Below are positions 41,601-56,200 of a stretch of 64,000 nucleotides of DNA, piece by piece. The notes beneath the pieces were generated by a model. It was not told the DNA's origin. It worked only from the letters and a program-made list of their open reading frames with translations, and did not search any database. The DNA lies in assembly GCA_043228905.1 (NCBI GenBank), contig JBHGNT010000007.1:16864001-16928000 (forward strand), given 5' to 3'. Position numbers and translations under genes: made by a program. Every line of letters starts with the position of its first letter. Within the stretch, counting starts at the first letter, position 1. Source of the DNA: Azolla caroliniana. Its lineage: Eukaryota > Plantae > Polypodiophyta.

Positions 41601-44202
41601 TTGCTCATATGGTTGATGCAGAGGAATTTAATGTGCCACTACAACTACATGCCAAGCTGTTAAGAGTCTATTACTAATGAATAGACCGAAATAAGTAAAA
41701 TAAGGTAAATATATTGGATAGAAGAACCTGTTCCACCCGACCACCCCTGAGCTATGATCAAGACATAGCCAACCTACCACCCACGTCCCATACCGCCGGG
41801 TATTAGGATAACTAATACTTTGGAAGAGAACACGATCCTCGCGATATGTGTACCTCTTCCTAGGCCCCTTGAATAGATGTGCCTTTCTAAAAAACTCTCC
41901 ATTCATTGGTTATTAAGATCATGATAGTGCATGCACCTATCATTCCTTCTATCCAATCACATTAGTCCCTTTCTAACATTAGTGAACATACCCTTCGCTT
42001 ATGTAAATATTAGTGACCTACCCTCACCTACGTTATGTGTCCACAATATACACCTCTACTTCAAAAGATTGCACTCTTGCCATATAAAGTGAGGAAATTG
42101 TGCCTTAAGAGTATTCTTGCGTACCCATGTGGCATCATCAATAGGTTTATCCATCTATTTGATCTTGAATAGCCGAATCTCTTTAGAACGTAAAAGTTTA
42201 GTACGAGAATCAAGAATTCGTTTAGGAACATGAGGTTTGTAAGAAAAATCCTCTAATGTTACAAGATCCTGAATTGTAATGATGTTATCACCAGAACCTA
42301 AAAATGGTTTTAGACAACTAATGTGAAAAACAGGATGAATACCAACATTATGGGGTAAGGCAAGGTGATAAGTTGATTAACCAACTTGCTTAAGGATTTC
42401 AAAGGGGCCACCGTATCGTGGGGCTTAAAGGTAAAGATGGATGTTTGAGGGAGCAGCTATTGAGGGATGATATTCAACAAACAGAGACTAGAGATACGGA
42501 TTTTTTTTTTGGGTGTACCCAATTGCCTTGATTGGTACACAAGAAAAAAAGGTTATTATATTAGTTAACCCTACAAAGAAAGAGGTGTCCTGTCCAGGTG
42601 AACATATACAAATAATTACCTAATTTGTGAACTACGGGCCTTTACACCTAACAACCTGCCACTTAAAGGTCCGATGTGAATATTCAAGTAACTCCCACTA
42701 ACTATATACAATGCTCATGTTGAGCTTTGCCAAGATTGTGAAAATATTTGTAGGATTATCTTGTGTTTTGATCTTGATCAATGTGACTACAACATCCTCC
42801 AAAACCTTTTGTCCCTTTTTGGGTAGTCACAAATGCATCACCTTTTTTTTTCATCAAGTACACCCAAATCTTCCTAGAATAATCATCGATAAAGGAAATA
42901 AAATATGCAACACTACCCGAAGATTTTACAGGCATGCTACATACATCAGAATGCACCAAATCTAGCACATTTGGTTTACGAGAGGCACTAGAATAATAAG
43001 AATTTCTCACTTGTTTGCCAAATAGACAATCATTATAAAAAACCAGCTTTCATCCTTTATCGTCAAGTTTTTTTAGGGTAGAAAGGACCTCAAGTCCTTT
43101 TTGGCTCATATGTCCTAATCTCTTATGCCAAAGCTCTAAACGAGAGTCAAATTCAGCAATAGCAAGAAACGATCCTTTCTTTAGTTTCCATAATCCACCA
43201 CCGAATAATGTGGTGTAACCATGCAAATCCATCTGTCCTACAGATAGCAAACTTTTCTTAATGCCAGGTACATACCTAACATCTTTGAGCACAAGCTCTT
43301 GACCATTATCCAAAGACAAGTGTATGGTTCCAATACCATCAATATTGCAAGCACTATTGTTACCAAGATAAACTTTTCCATAACTACCTGCATCAAATGT
43401 GGTAAAGCACTCCAAACATGGAGTAACATGAAAAGAAGCCCTAGAGTCTACTATCCATGTCTGTGTCAATCCATCATCGATTGACAATAAAGCATCAATA
43501 ACATGTGTTTTGGTGATTTGCATGTCTTGAACATGAGCTATGAAGGCATCGCCTGTAATACAAAGTACATCACCGTCTTCACCAGATAGGTCTTCAATGA
43601 TAACATTTGAAGCCATATTAGATTTCTCTATTGTATTAAAATTATCATCTTTATTTTTCTGTGAGAAAAGCTGTTAATAGCAGCAGCGGAAGACTTAAAA
43701 CAAAATAGGCACAGCCAAGCTGTGAGAAGGCTGTTAAACAGCAGTAGAAAAAATGGTTACAAAGAGTAGAGACACAGCCAAGGAATAGAGCTTGTTTTAA
43801 GCAGCAAAAAAGAAAATGAAAAACTATACAAAAGAGGCTGGTATAGCCTATTTATACAAAATTGGGGAATGTGGGTGAAATGGATGTTTGGTAGTTAAGT
43901 GACTCTTGTACTACCAAACAACTACAAAAAACTAGGAATAAAAGGGAATATCTTGGAAAAGGTAGAAGAGAGAAAAGGCATTTAAAGCATTGCAGATTCT
44001 AGAGAGAGAAGGCATTTAAAGAGTTGCAGATTCTAGAGAGAGAAGAATCTAAGAAAAGAGAGAATGTAGTACAAAGATAATAAATATGAAAGAGAGTGCA
44101 GGTCTGGAGCTGCCACCCTCCAACACCTCCTCTCAGCTCTAGAACGGCCATCAAACATTGAGTCGACCGAGGAGCTGATTAATGGCATGCCTTGGAAGTG
44201 GG

Positions 44203-44281
<79 letters not shown>

Positions 44282-47200
44282 TGTCAACATAACAGTTCTG
44301 AAACCCAAAAGAGAGAAAGAAGCTATCAATTTTGTCATGCCAAGCTTTGGGAGCTTGCTTTAAGCCATACAAGGCTTTGTGTAACCTGTAGACCGTGTTT
44401 TTCTGCTCTAAAATCTCGAAACCTGGAGGCTGTTCAACATAAACCTCCTCTTTCAAGTCACCGTTAAGGAAGGCTGACTTGACATCCATTTGAAAAATGG
44501 CCCATTTGTTGTGAGCAGCAAGTGCAAGCGCACATCGGATAGATGTGTACCTTGCTGTTGGAGCAAAAGTTTCCTCATAATCCACTCCTTCAACTTGTGA
44601 GTAGCCTTTTGCCACTAAACGTGCCTTGTGCTTATCCAAAGTACCATCAGCATGGTATTTGGTCTTGAAAATCCATTTCAATCCAATGACTTGTCGATGT
44701 GGAGGCCGTGGGACCAGCTCCCATGTATGATTCCGCTCAATGGAATCAAGTTCAACTTCCATTGCTGCTTTCCACTTTGGAAGAACAAGGGCCTCTTTTG
44801 CTGTTGTGGGTTCTTTTGATTGCACAACAGTGCACAATAAGGCAAAATTGCATGAGTGAAGAGGCCGTTGTGACTTACGTGTTCGAGAACCAGATGTATA
44901 CTCATGAAGTTCAGCATCGGAGAGATGAGAATCACGAATGGTGGCTTGAAGCCACTTGGGAAGTGGTGGAAGCTGGTTTGTAGAGGGAGTGGAAACAAGT
45001 GGAGTTGAGGGAGAGGTTTGAATTGTTAGCGAAGTTAGAGATTGAGTAGGAGGAGATGGGGGGCTTGAAGATGAGACATCTTCGTCTAAAATAGGAGATT
45101 CCGGAGGAGCTTGGATTTCAACCATGAACTTAGGTAAAATCCTAGAGTCATCCGGCTGAGACTCCACAAAATGAACATCCCTAGATATGACTAGGGACTT
45201 TGACTCTCAATCCCATAACCTGTATGCTTTAGATTGTGTGCTGTAACCAAGAAATTTGCATTTCTTGGTTTTGGACTCAAATTTCGTCCTTTTATGATCT
45301 GAAATGTGAACATAAGCATCACAACCAAAGACTTTAAAATGAGATACTGAGGGCTTTACACCTGTAAATGCTTCTTCAGGCGTCATTCTAGCAACTGCTT
45401 TTGTTGGGCAGCAGTTGATGATGTAGACTGCTGTGTTGACAGCTTCACCCCAAAATGAGAGAGGAAGATCAGATTGAGATAGCATCGTACGAGCCATCTC
45501 TTGGACTGTCCGGTTCTTCCTTTCCACGACTCCATTTTGTTGAGGAGTATTGGGTGTAGAAAATTGTTGAGCAATGCCTCGTTGAGAGCAGAAATGGTGG
45601 AAAGCTTTGGAGATAAACTCTCCACCATTGTCCAACCTGATCTTTCGAACTTTCTTCGATGTCTCGTTCTCCACGAGAGCTACCCATTCTTGAAATTTTG
45701 CGAAGGCTTGGGATTTTTCTACAAGAAAATAAACCCAAACCTTGCGAGAGAAGTCATCAATTATAAGCATGAAGTAGTGTGCACCACCAAGAGTAGTGGT
45801 TTTCATGGGACCACAAAGATCCATGTGCACTAACTCCAAGATAGATGTTGCTCGATGAGTGGCTTCATGAGGGAAAGGCTCTCGATGTTGCTTGCCATGA
45901 AGACAAGCAACACATGGGGTATTGGGAGATTTGAAAATAGGAAGACCCTCAACTAGTTGGGAGGAGAGCTTTTGAAGAGAATCATAGTTGAGATGACCAA
46001 ACCTAGCATGCCACAACGTGGGATCTTCTTGTGCCACCAAGGCATGAGAGCCTTGAAGAAGATGAAGAAGATGAGATTTGGAGTTTTCCAAGGGGCTATG
46101 GGAGCTTTTTAGGTGATATAAACCCCCTTCTTGTGTGCCACTAGCTACAATTTGTAGGCTGTTGGTGTCAATCACTTCCAAACCTGAGCTATCAAAGTAG
46201 ACTCCATAACCTTGCTTGGTGATTTTGTAAACCGAAAGTAGGTTGGTAGAGATGCGAGGCACATGTAGCACATCTTGAAGAACGACAGGTTCTTCACTTG
46301 AAGAATTGTCAAGAAACACATTACCCACACATGAAGCCTCAATGCTTGAGGCATCTCCTATAGAGATTTGGGAAGAGCTAGGCTTCACATCATGCAAAAT
46401 GGATTTGTCATAGGTCATGTGTGAAGTGGCACCACTATCTACTAACCACTCATCGATGGTTGAAGTAGTTGGTCCAGCCAAATGTGAAGTATGTTCCTCA
46501 ATGCCAAGGAAAACTGTTTCTTTGGCTGAGTGGGCCGAGTTGGATTTCGGTGTAGGTTGATTTCTGGTAGAAGAAGAGTTCTTAGCATTGTCCCTTTTCT
46601 TTTTCCGACAATCTGGCTGAATGTGACCTTTGTAGCCACAATAATGACAAGTGAGCTCCTTGTAAGCTGGGTTGTTTGGCGGTCTTGGATTGGGTTTGTT
46701 GTAGGAGTTACCATTTTGCTTCCACTTGCCTTTACTTGTCGCATGTAGAAGCGTCTCATTGGAAGTTTGAGCACTTTTCTTCCTTGTTGCCCTATCTTGT
46801 AGCATACCAAGAAATGTATTCATGTCAGGTGTGTTGGGAAGAAGAGAAATGGTGTCACAAAAGGCTGAGAATGACTCAGGCAACTTTATCATTAGACGAT
46901 GCACAAACTCAACTTTAGTGGACTTGCTTCCCAAAGAAACTAGTTCCTTTTGGAGAGTGACAAATTCCGTTATTTGATCCATGATGTTGGGAGTGTCATG
47001 AATCTTGAGATTTGCTAGTTGGCTTTCAATAGCTATCATTTGAGCATGATTAGCTTGATGATACCTCCTTTTGATGGCTGTCCATAGTTCATTGGCTGTC
47101 TCGTCATCTTTATCTTGAAATTGACGAGCGATGCTCGGTTTAATATTAAACATGAGGAAAGCATGAGCACGAGAATCCTTATCTAGCCAAGCTTCAATCT

Positions 47201-50200
47201 CAGCGTTAGATGAGCCAGCAACTGATTTGGTTGAAGAGGATGAAGTTACTGGTGGTTTCTTGTCACTACCATTGACTACATTCCATAAACGATGGTATTG
47301 TAGCAAGGTCTTTATTTGTAGCTCCCAATCCAAGTAATTGTTCCCATCCAAGATGGATTCTTTGGGGAGTTGGGGAATGGTTGATGAAACAATGGTGGCA
47401 TGTGAGGCCATGGATATCCTCCTCTTGAGCTACAGCTGGACAATTTACAGCAGTTGTAAGTAGATACTCAGGGTCTTTCTACTTCTCCCTAGATGCTAGG
47501 TGAGGCTCAGATAAGGGGAAAAGAAAACAGAAGAGCCTCCTCTGTAGGGTTGGGAGGGAGGGATAAAAGAAGATAGGTCTGTGTGCTCTTTGGCAAAAAG
47601 AAAATCAGGCTGAGGATATGGAGACCTCACTGCTCTGATACCATGTGAGAAAAGCTGTTAATAGCAGCAGCGGAAGACTTAAAACAAAATAGGCACAGCA
47701 GTAGAAAAAATGGTTGCAAAGAGTAGAGACACAGCCAAGGAATAGAGCTTGTTTTAAGCAGCAAAAAAGAAAATGAAAAACTATACAAAAGAGGCTGGTA
47801 TGGCCTATTTATACAAAATTGGGGAATGTGGGTGAAATGGCTGTTTGGTAGTTAAGTGACTCTTGTACTACCAAACAGCTACAAAAAACTAGGAATAAAA
47901 GGGAATATCTTGGAAAAGGTAGAAGAGAGAAAAGGCATTTAAAGCATTGCAGATTCTAGAGAGAGAAGGCATTTAAAGAGTTGCAGATTCTAGAGAGAGA
48001 AGAATCTAAGAAAAGAGAGAATGTAGTACAAAGATAATAAATATGAAAGAGAGTGCAGGTCTGGAGCTGCCACCCTCCAACATTTTCTTCTCTCCTACAT
48101 TCTTCTTCCTTTCTAGTTCCATCTTCCAATATCTACAATCAGGTTTCTTATGACCTTTACGACCACCTTGATAGCATGTGATATCTTGTTGTTTTCCTTT
48201 CCCTCTACTCTTACTTCTATTTCTTTGTCCTACATTTGGGTTCCTGTTATTATATCTCCCCTTAATATTGTATGCTGAACTACTACCTTCTCCGCTAGAT
48301 TGTCTTCTAATCTCTTCATTGAGAATAGAGCCCCGCACACCATCGAAGGTCAAGTTGGGGCTATTAGACAGCGAAATAACTAATGTTTCCCAAGTATCGG
48401 GTAAAGTCATTGTCATAAGTAAGAAGATTGCTTTGAGCTTGTCATAAAAAACTGGTAATCTTGAATCATGTAGTTGGGATAGAGTACTTGTGAATAACGA
48501 TAGATGCTTTGTTTCACCTTTTGACTCATCAAGCCTCATACTGACAAGTTTTCTCATCAAATGCACCTGATTCACAGGAGTAGTATTCTCGTAAGTTGTC
48601 TTAAGTTTCTCCTAGACTTGATGAGCAGTAATCAAGCCCTTTATATCTACAAGAATCTCATCAGAAACAACCATTTTAATATATGTAATGGCTTTCTTAT
48701 TCAGAGTGTTCCAAGCATCATTTTCCATGCTCTCTGGTTTCTTTTCTACGAGAGCATCTTCACAATCTCTTAGAAAGAGGATGCCCAACATATGCTCTTT
48801 CCACAATTCGAAACCTTTTCCATCAAATCTCTTGATTTCAAAGAAGTTTTTCACTTCAGTTGAAGTGGAGGCCATTGCTCCCAAGATTTATGACAGATTT
48901 CTTCAGAAATTGGTTAGAATACTGATAGGAAAGGGTTTGAAAGAATTGAAAGAAAAACTGAGGTGTTTTCTGCTGATTCTGAATTTAGAAAAAACAGCAA
49001 AGCAGAGGAAAGAGATTTGGCTCTAATGCCAGTTAAAGGTAAAGAGGGATGTTTGAGGGAGCAGCTATTGAAGGATGATGTTCAACAAACAGAGAGTAGA
49101 GTCACAGATTTTTTTTTTTGGGTGTACCCAACCGCCTTGATTGGTTCACAAGAAAAAAAGGTTATTATATTAGTTAACCCTACAAAGAAAGAGGTGTGTT
49201 CACATTACAATAGGAGGTGTCCTGTTCAGGTGAACAATGTGTTCACATATAAGAATAATTACCTAATTTGTGAACTACGGGCCTTTACACCTAACAGGGC
49301 TAACTTAGTGCACTTGCCTGTAGACAATGACGTAGAGTAGAGTCAGTAGGGTCACGCAAAAAAACTTTTTAACCAATAGTAAATGTATGGGGACGTCTAT
49401 TCTGATTAGCATAAAATCGGGCGTGATCTTGAGTTGTCGTAACATTTTCCTTGGCAATATGCAACATTGGTTCATGTCCTGCAAAAAATTGCGTGTACTG
49501 TCTAATATATCACAATGAATCGTGACATCTACTAGGGCAATTGGCTGAAAACCATACATCAACATAAGAGGACTATATCTAGTGGATGTATGTTTGTTTG
49601 AACGCTATGCATGGCTAATCCTAGTAAAGAAAGAAAGAAAGAAATATTAATGTCTTTTAAGAGGCCATTATGGCCTATAAAACCAAACAAGAGATTACAT
49701 CTTAAGTATTGTCTAGTCTTTGAGAGCAACAAATCATAATAAAACCTCAGTAAATATAAAAGTAAATAAGATAAAAAGAGACAAAAAAATCTGGTTTTTG
49801 GCACATGTGAGATTCCCAAGTTAGATGTATTATAACTTTTGTCTTCGAAAGATCTCTAGTATAGGTCGATCCAAAATGGAGAGGTCTGCGAAGTGAGGGA
49901 AGCACTTGTGATGGTGGAAGATACTGGTCTTTATCTATCAATGACAAAGGTGTAGAGGTCGTGGTCCATGGGGCTGGGGCTTATGTGCACGACAAATTTC
50001 TATTGCCTGATGTAACCCCTTTGTTATGTCCTGGTTAGGAGCCCATTTGTGTATCCCTTGATTGACTTGTAGCATTAGTAGGAGTGATGGGCTAAAGAAA
50101 GTTGTGATTGTTTTTTGTGGATGAGCTTGTGTGGCTGTATTATTGTCCTCCAACAACTTTTCCCTATGTCTCTTGAGTTCTAGCAAAAAAAGTCCTAGGC

Positions 50201-53200
50201 ACCGTTGGCCCTCATATTCCATTACCTTGCGTAGCGGGCCAAAGCATTGTTTAAAGAGGCCATGGTACCTCCCTCTGATTTCATAAAAGGCACTATAGTG
50301 ACAAACATAGCGTTCTTCGGGTTCCACTCCTAGATGACACAATTGGCAAATTTTTTCTTCTAGAGGTATTTGTGTATATCTGCTTACCTCAATCTCTAAC
50401 TGATGTGACAAAGATCACAGCTGCCGTATCACACTGCACAACACATAGGATAGATGTATGTCCATATCACACTGGCCCATCTTCGTACCAAGTGATATTT
50501 TGGGGCTGATCCATGTTATCTTGTTTTCCAAGTTAATATTATCAGTTCGGGTCACTCTATTCTTTTCCACTTTGGTCATATTTAGATGGGGAGAGTCCAA
50601 GCTATATTGGAATGAGGGTAGTGCATTTATACTTATGCCATGTGACTCGAACCATTGCTACATTTCAGCATACCAACAATGAATGTCTCCATTTTCAGCT
50701 AGTTGTCTTAATGACATAAGTGCCAACTTAGGGTACCTTTGTTTAGGGAGCTCTCAAAGATGTTGGATACATGTCATTGATCGGAACAATGCCGTGGTGA
50801 TTATAGGTGTTGCTCCAATATCTGCCCGGATTATGTCATGGGGCACCGATGCTTTGCTCCTTATCATGCGGGCATCATTAACACTAAAGGTCTCTCTAAA
50901 TCTTTCCAGTGATTTGCCTTGTTAAGACTCGATTCCCATGTTTCTACTCCATAGAGAAGAGTTGGTATGACAAGTGTATCAAATAACCACAACTTAGTTT
51001 GTGGCTCTTGGAATTGCAAATGTGCACATTGTCTCTCACAAAGAATTTGTTCTCGGTTGACCAAATTTGCAAGGAATGCAAGTACGATTCAACCAGGAAG
51101 GTTGCTTCATCGAGGATAAGGGCCAGCTTATCGCTCATGCAAGAAGAGAAGGTCGCATGTTTATGCTTGATGCGATTGAGGTGAACACAACAATGTATGC
51201 AAAGGGACTCAAGACTGAGTCTGATGTTGAGTTGTGGCACAAAAGGGTTGGCCATGTAAACCTCGGTAAACTCCGATCGATGCAAACAAAAGGAGTTGTG
51301 CACGGATTGCCACAATTTACTTTGAAAAATCTTGATAATGTATGTGAGGCGTCTTAGCTAGGCAAGCAACATAGGCATCCATTCCCGAGTGAAAGGAATG
51401 TGAGTAAAGGCCTGCTCGACATCATCCACTTGGATGTATGGGGCCTGACTCAGAACGAGACAATTGGTGGGTGTAGGTACTTCGTTACCTTCATTGACGG
51501 TTATTTGTGGCATACTTGGATATGCTCGATGAAATAAAAAAGTGAGGTCTTCTCTCACTTTCTTAAGTTAAAGAATTGGGTGGAAAATGAAATGAATTGC
51601 AAGATTAAATGCTTATGATCCCGCAATTCGTCTCATGCTCGATGCTTACGATCCTGAATAAGCCAAGATGTGATATTTGATGAAGCAACATCATGGTATG
51701 GCCTGGCATCGGTGACCCCCACCGTGATCGAAACAAATGGATCTGATGGAGATTCTGAGAGTGAAGAAGAAGAGAGACCGGCGACCATTATGGGTAGAGA
51801 ACTGGTAGAGAGTTTGTCCTCATTCAAGCTGACCAGACCTGAGGTGTCGTCTAGCAATTAGAGTCTTGCACGGCATGTAGAAACCTTTGATGTGGTGTCA
51901 CCTTGGTGCTACACCAGCAAAAAGAAAAAAAGGGCAAGATAATTGAGCAAGAGGCCAAGAGCATGAGAATGGGTGACGAATCAGATCAATCACCTCAATC
52001 GTTCAACAAGAAGTATGGTGTGCCTATGTTGAGAATCAAACTTAACTTCCCTAGTGTGGGAACACACCTCAGGAATACCCAAGTGTGTGAACATCCCACT
52101 TCCTTGTATCATAACTAAGTGTCATAAAAGTTAAGTCCTATGACACATATTTAGTAGGTAGTTAAGTCTCTACCTCTTCCTCAAGAGGCAGTTCTAGTAA
52201 GAGAATATAGAGAGAAGGTGACCACATAAACACCTTCTCTTTGTATTTGTTGGCATTGTTCTTGTTAATACAATTTTAATATTTCCTATATACTGTGTGT
52301 TCTCTCTCTCTCTCTCTCTCTCCAATACACACACACACACACACATCTATTCCGTTCCACAAAATCACACTTGATTCTTTACATGGTATTAGAGCGATTG
52401 GTAGCTTGATCCAAGCCCATCCATGAGTGTTGTGTATGCCGTCGTTCACGAAGAACCGGCTGATTGCTGTAGCAGCGATCTTGCACAGTTTATATCTCAG
52501 AGAAGAAGAAGAAGAAAACTCGCTCCAAACAAGTCGAACATCATGAATACTCAGATGGGAAGCGCTCGTCCTACTGAAAAACAATGTTGGCCGGTTCGGA
52601 CGACCAAGTGTAAAAAGGACGGAAAACGGTTACGAGGTGAAATAATAATGGGTAGGGCCGAGCGAAGCAATAAAGAAGTGAGTAGGAAATAGGGAGTAGA
52701 AAAATAGTAAAATATGTTAGGTGTAAAGGCCCGTAGTTCACAAATTAGGTAATTATTTGTATATGTGAACACATTGTTCACCTGGACAGGACACCTCCTT
52801 TTGTAATGTGAACACACCACTTTCTTTGTAAGGTTAACTAATATAATAACCTTTTTTTCTTGTGTACCAATCAAGGCGGTTGGGTACACTAAAGATTTGC
52901 GTGTCTCTACTCTCATCTCTACTACAATCCTGTTTGCTGAACGTCATCTCTCAATAGCTGATCTGTCAAACATCCCTCTTTACCTTTAACTGGTATCAGA
53001 GCCAAATCTCTTTCCTCTGCTTTGCTGTTTTTCTTTAGATTCAGAATCAACAGAAAACACAGATTTAAAAAATAAAAAATCTGTCAAACCCTTTCCTATT
53101 GGTATTCTGCTCAATTTGTGAAGGCATCTGTCATAAATCTTGGGAGCAATGGCCTCCACTTCAGCTGAAGTTAAAAACCTCTTTGAAATCAAGAGATTTG

Positions 53201-56200
53201 ATGGAAAAGGTTTTGAATTGTGGAAAGAGCGTATGCTGGGCATCCTCTTTCTAAGAGATTGTGAAGATGCTCTCGTAGAAAAGAAACCAGAGAGCATGGA
53301 AAATGATGCTTGGAACACTTTGAATAAGAAAGCCATTACATATATTAAAATGGCTGTTTCTGATGAAATTCTTGTAGATATAAAGGGCTTGACTACTGCC
53401 CATCAAGTTTGGGAGAAACTTAAGAAAACTTACGAGAATACTACTCCTGTGAATCAAGTGCATTTGATGAGAAAACTTGTCAGTATGAGGCTTGATGAGT
53501 TGTAAAGGTGCAACAGAGCATCTATCGTTATTCACAGGTACTCTCTCCCAACTACAAGATTCAGGATTACCAGCTTTTGATGACAAGCTCAAAGCTATCT
53601 TCCTACTTATGACTTTACCGGATTTGTGGGAAACATTAGTTGTTTCACTATCTAATAGCCCCACCTTGACCTTCGATAGTGTGCGGGGCTCTATTCTCCA
53701 TGAAGAGATTAGAAGACAATCTAGCGGAGAAGGTAGTGGTTCAACATACAATATTAGGGGGGGATATATGATAAGAGGAACCCAAATGTAGGACAAAGAA
53801 ATAGAAGTAAGAGTAGAGGGAAAGGAAAACAATAAGATATCACATGCTATCATTGTGGCCGTAAAGGTCATAAGAAACCTGATTGTAGATATTGGAAGAT
53901 GGAACTAGAAAGGAAGAAGAATGTGGGAGAGAAGAAAAACAAAGAGGATAAGTTTAATACAACAGAGAAAGCTAATATGGCTTCAAATGTTATCATTGAA
54001 GACCTATCTGGTGAAGATGGTGATGTACTTTGTATTACAGGTGATGCCTTTATAGCTCATGTTCAAGAGATGCAAATCACCAGAACACATGTTATTGATG
54101 CTTTATTGTCAATCGATGATGGATTGACACAGACATGGATAGTAGACTCTGGGGCTTCCTTTCATGTTACTCCATGTTTGGAGTGCTTTACCACATTTGA
54201 TGCAGGTAGTTATGGAAAAGTTTATCTTGGTAACAATAGTGCTTGCAATATTGATGGTATTGGAACCATACACTTGTCTTTGGATAATGGTCAAGAGCTT
54301 GTGCTCAAAGATGTTAGGTATGTACCTGGCATTAAGAAAAGTTTGCTATTTGTAGGACAGATGGATTTGCATGGTTACACCACATAATTCCGTGGTGGAT
54401 TATGGAAACTAAAGAAAGGATCTATGGTTATTGTGAAAGGTTGCAAAAAGGGCACTCTGTACTGTTTGCAATGTAAAGCTTTACCTGGAAAGTTTCTTGC
54501 TATTGCTGAATTCGACTCTCGTTTAGAGCTTTGACATAAGAGATTAGTACATATGAGCCAAAAAGGACTTGAAGTCCTTTTTGCTTTAAAAAGATTTGAT
54601 GTTAAAGGATCAAAGCTGGTTTTTTGTAATGATTGTCTATTTGGCAAACAAGTGAGAAATTCTTATTATTCTGGTATCTCTCGTAAACCAAATGTGCTAG
54701 ATTTGGTGCATTCTGATGTATGTAGCATGCCTGTAAAATCCTTGGGCGGTGCTGCATATTTTATTTCCTTTATCGATGATTATTCTAGGAAGATTTGGGT
54801 GTACTTGATGAAAAGAAAAGGTGATGCATTTGATGCATTTAAATCTTTTCATGCATTTGTGACTACTCAAAAAGGGACAAAACTGAAATGTCTCAGAACA
54901 GATAATGGGGGTGAGTTTACATCTGCAGAATTTAAGTCTTATTGTGACTTATATGGTATTAAAAGAGAGCTTATAGCTCCATATAACGCTTCATCAAATG
55001 GAGTGGTAGAAAGGTATAATAGGACCTTGTGTGAGCGAGTACGATGCATGCTGTCCACAGCTAATCTCCCTCATGAATTTTGGGGAGAAGCATTAAAAAC
55101 CGCGGTTCATATATGTAATCGTTCTCCCAACAAGTCCTTAAAAAATGGAATCCCTGAGGAGGTTTGGTCTGGCAAACCAGCTTCATATGACCATTTACGA
55201 ATTTTCGGTTGTGATGCGTTTGTACACATTAGAAGTGAGCTGAGAAATAAGCTCGATGCTAAGTCCACCATGGGCATTTTTATGGGCTATGGTGATGAAG
55301 GTGAAATGGGCTATAGGATTTGGTTACCTCAGTCCAGAAAAATTGTACGCAGCCGGGATGTTGTTTTTAATGAAGAAAAATTGCTGAAAAATGCTTGTTC
55401 CTCTGTTAGGAACTCTAAGAGCGTTACATTTCAGCAATTACAGCCATCCAGAAAATATGAAAATAAACCTCATGATGCTATACCAAAGGTTGAATATGAT
55501 GATCGACCGGTTATCTTTGAGCCAGAAGAAGTTGGACAGCAAAGAGATGCTCATGAAGATATTGGTCAACGAGATGAAGGTACTGAAGAACAAAATATAG
55601 ATGTCGAACAACATGCTGGACATGGTTTGCAACAGCCAGAAAGTGCTGAAAATGATTTTCCTCCAGATTTAGAACCAATCCCAGAAAATACTGATCATTG
55701 GGTACGTAGGTCTAATCGTTCAAGGAGGCAGGTATATAGATATGACCCCTCTTTGCATTATGTCATGCTGTCAGATGAGGGTGAACCTCTTACTTATAAG
55801 GAGGCAATGTCATGTGAACTTAGCAGTAAGTGGGAGCTTGCAATGCAAGAAGAAATAAAATCTTTATATGCAAATGATACATGGGATCTTGTGTCCTTAC
55901 CTCAAGGAAGGAAAGCTCTTCCAAATAAGTGGGTTTATAAGGTAAAGGAAATTGAAGGGAAACCAAAATACAAGGCAAGATTAGTTGCCAAGGGTTATGC
56001 ACAGAAGGAAGGTATTGACTTCCAAGAGGTGTTCTCTCCTGTTGTGAAGATGACCACACTTCGTGTGCTATTTGCTCTCACTGCAATGCTTAATTTGGAG
56101 TTGTACCAAATGGATGTAAAGACCGCTTTTTTGCATGGTGATATTGATGAAGAGATCTACATGAAACAACCTGAGGGTTTTGTAGTCTCTGACAAGGAGC

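Larger units (their letters stand above)
42426..49296 (-). mobile_element. Internally deleted Ty1/Copia element C (same family as D); host of element E
   Basis: LTRs 42426-42653 and 49034-49296, TSD GGGCT (42421-42425 and 49297-49301), degenerate PBS 49020-49031. Gag 48083-48875, protease and integrase start 42806-43654, fused directly to the RNase H tail. Confidence 0.93.
42050..49565 (-). mobile_element. Ty3/Gypsy chromovirus remnant (integrase C-terminus and chromodomain) split by element C
   Basis: 49302-49565: [22 protein letters not shown]. 42050-42420: [44 protein letters not shown]. Reading joins across the GGGCT TSD. Confidence 0.8.
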
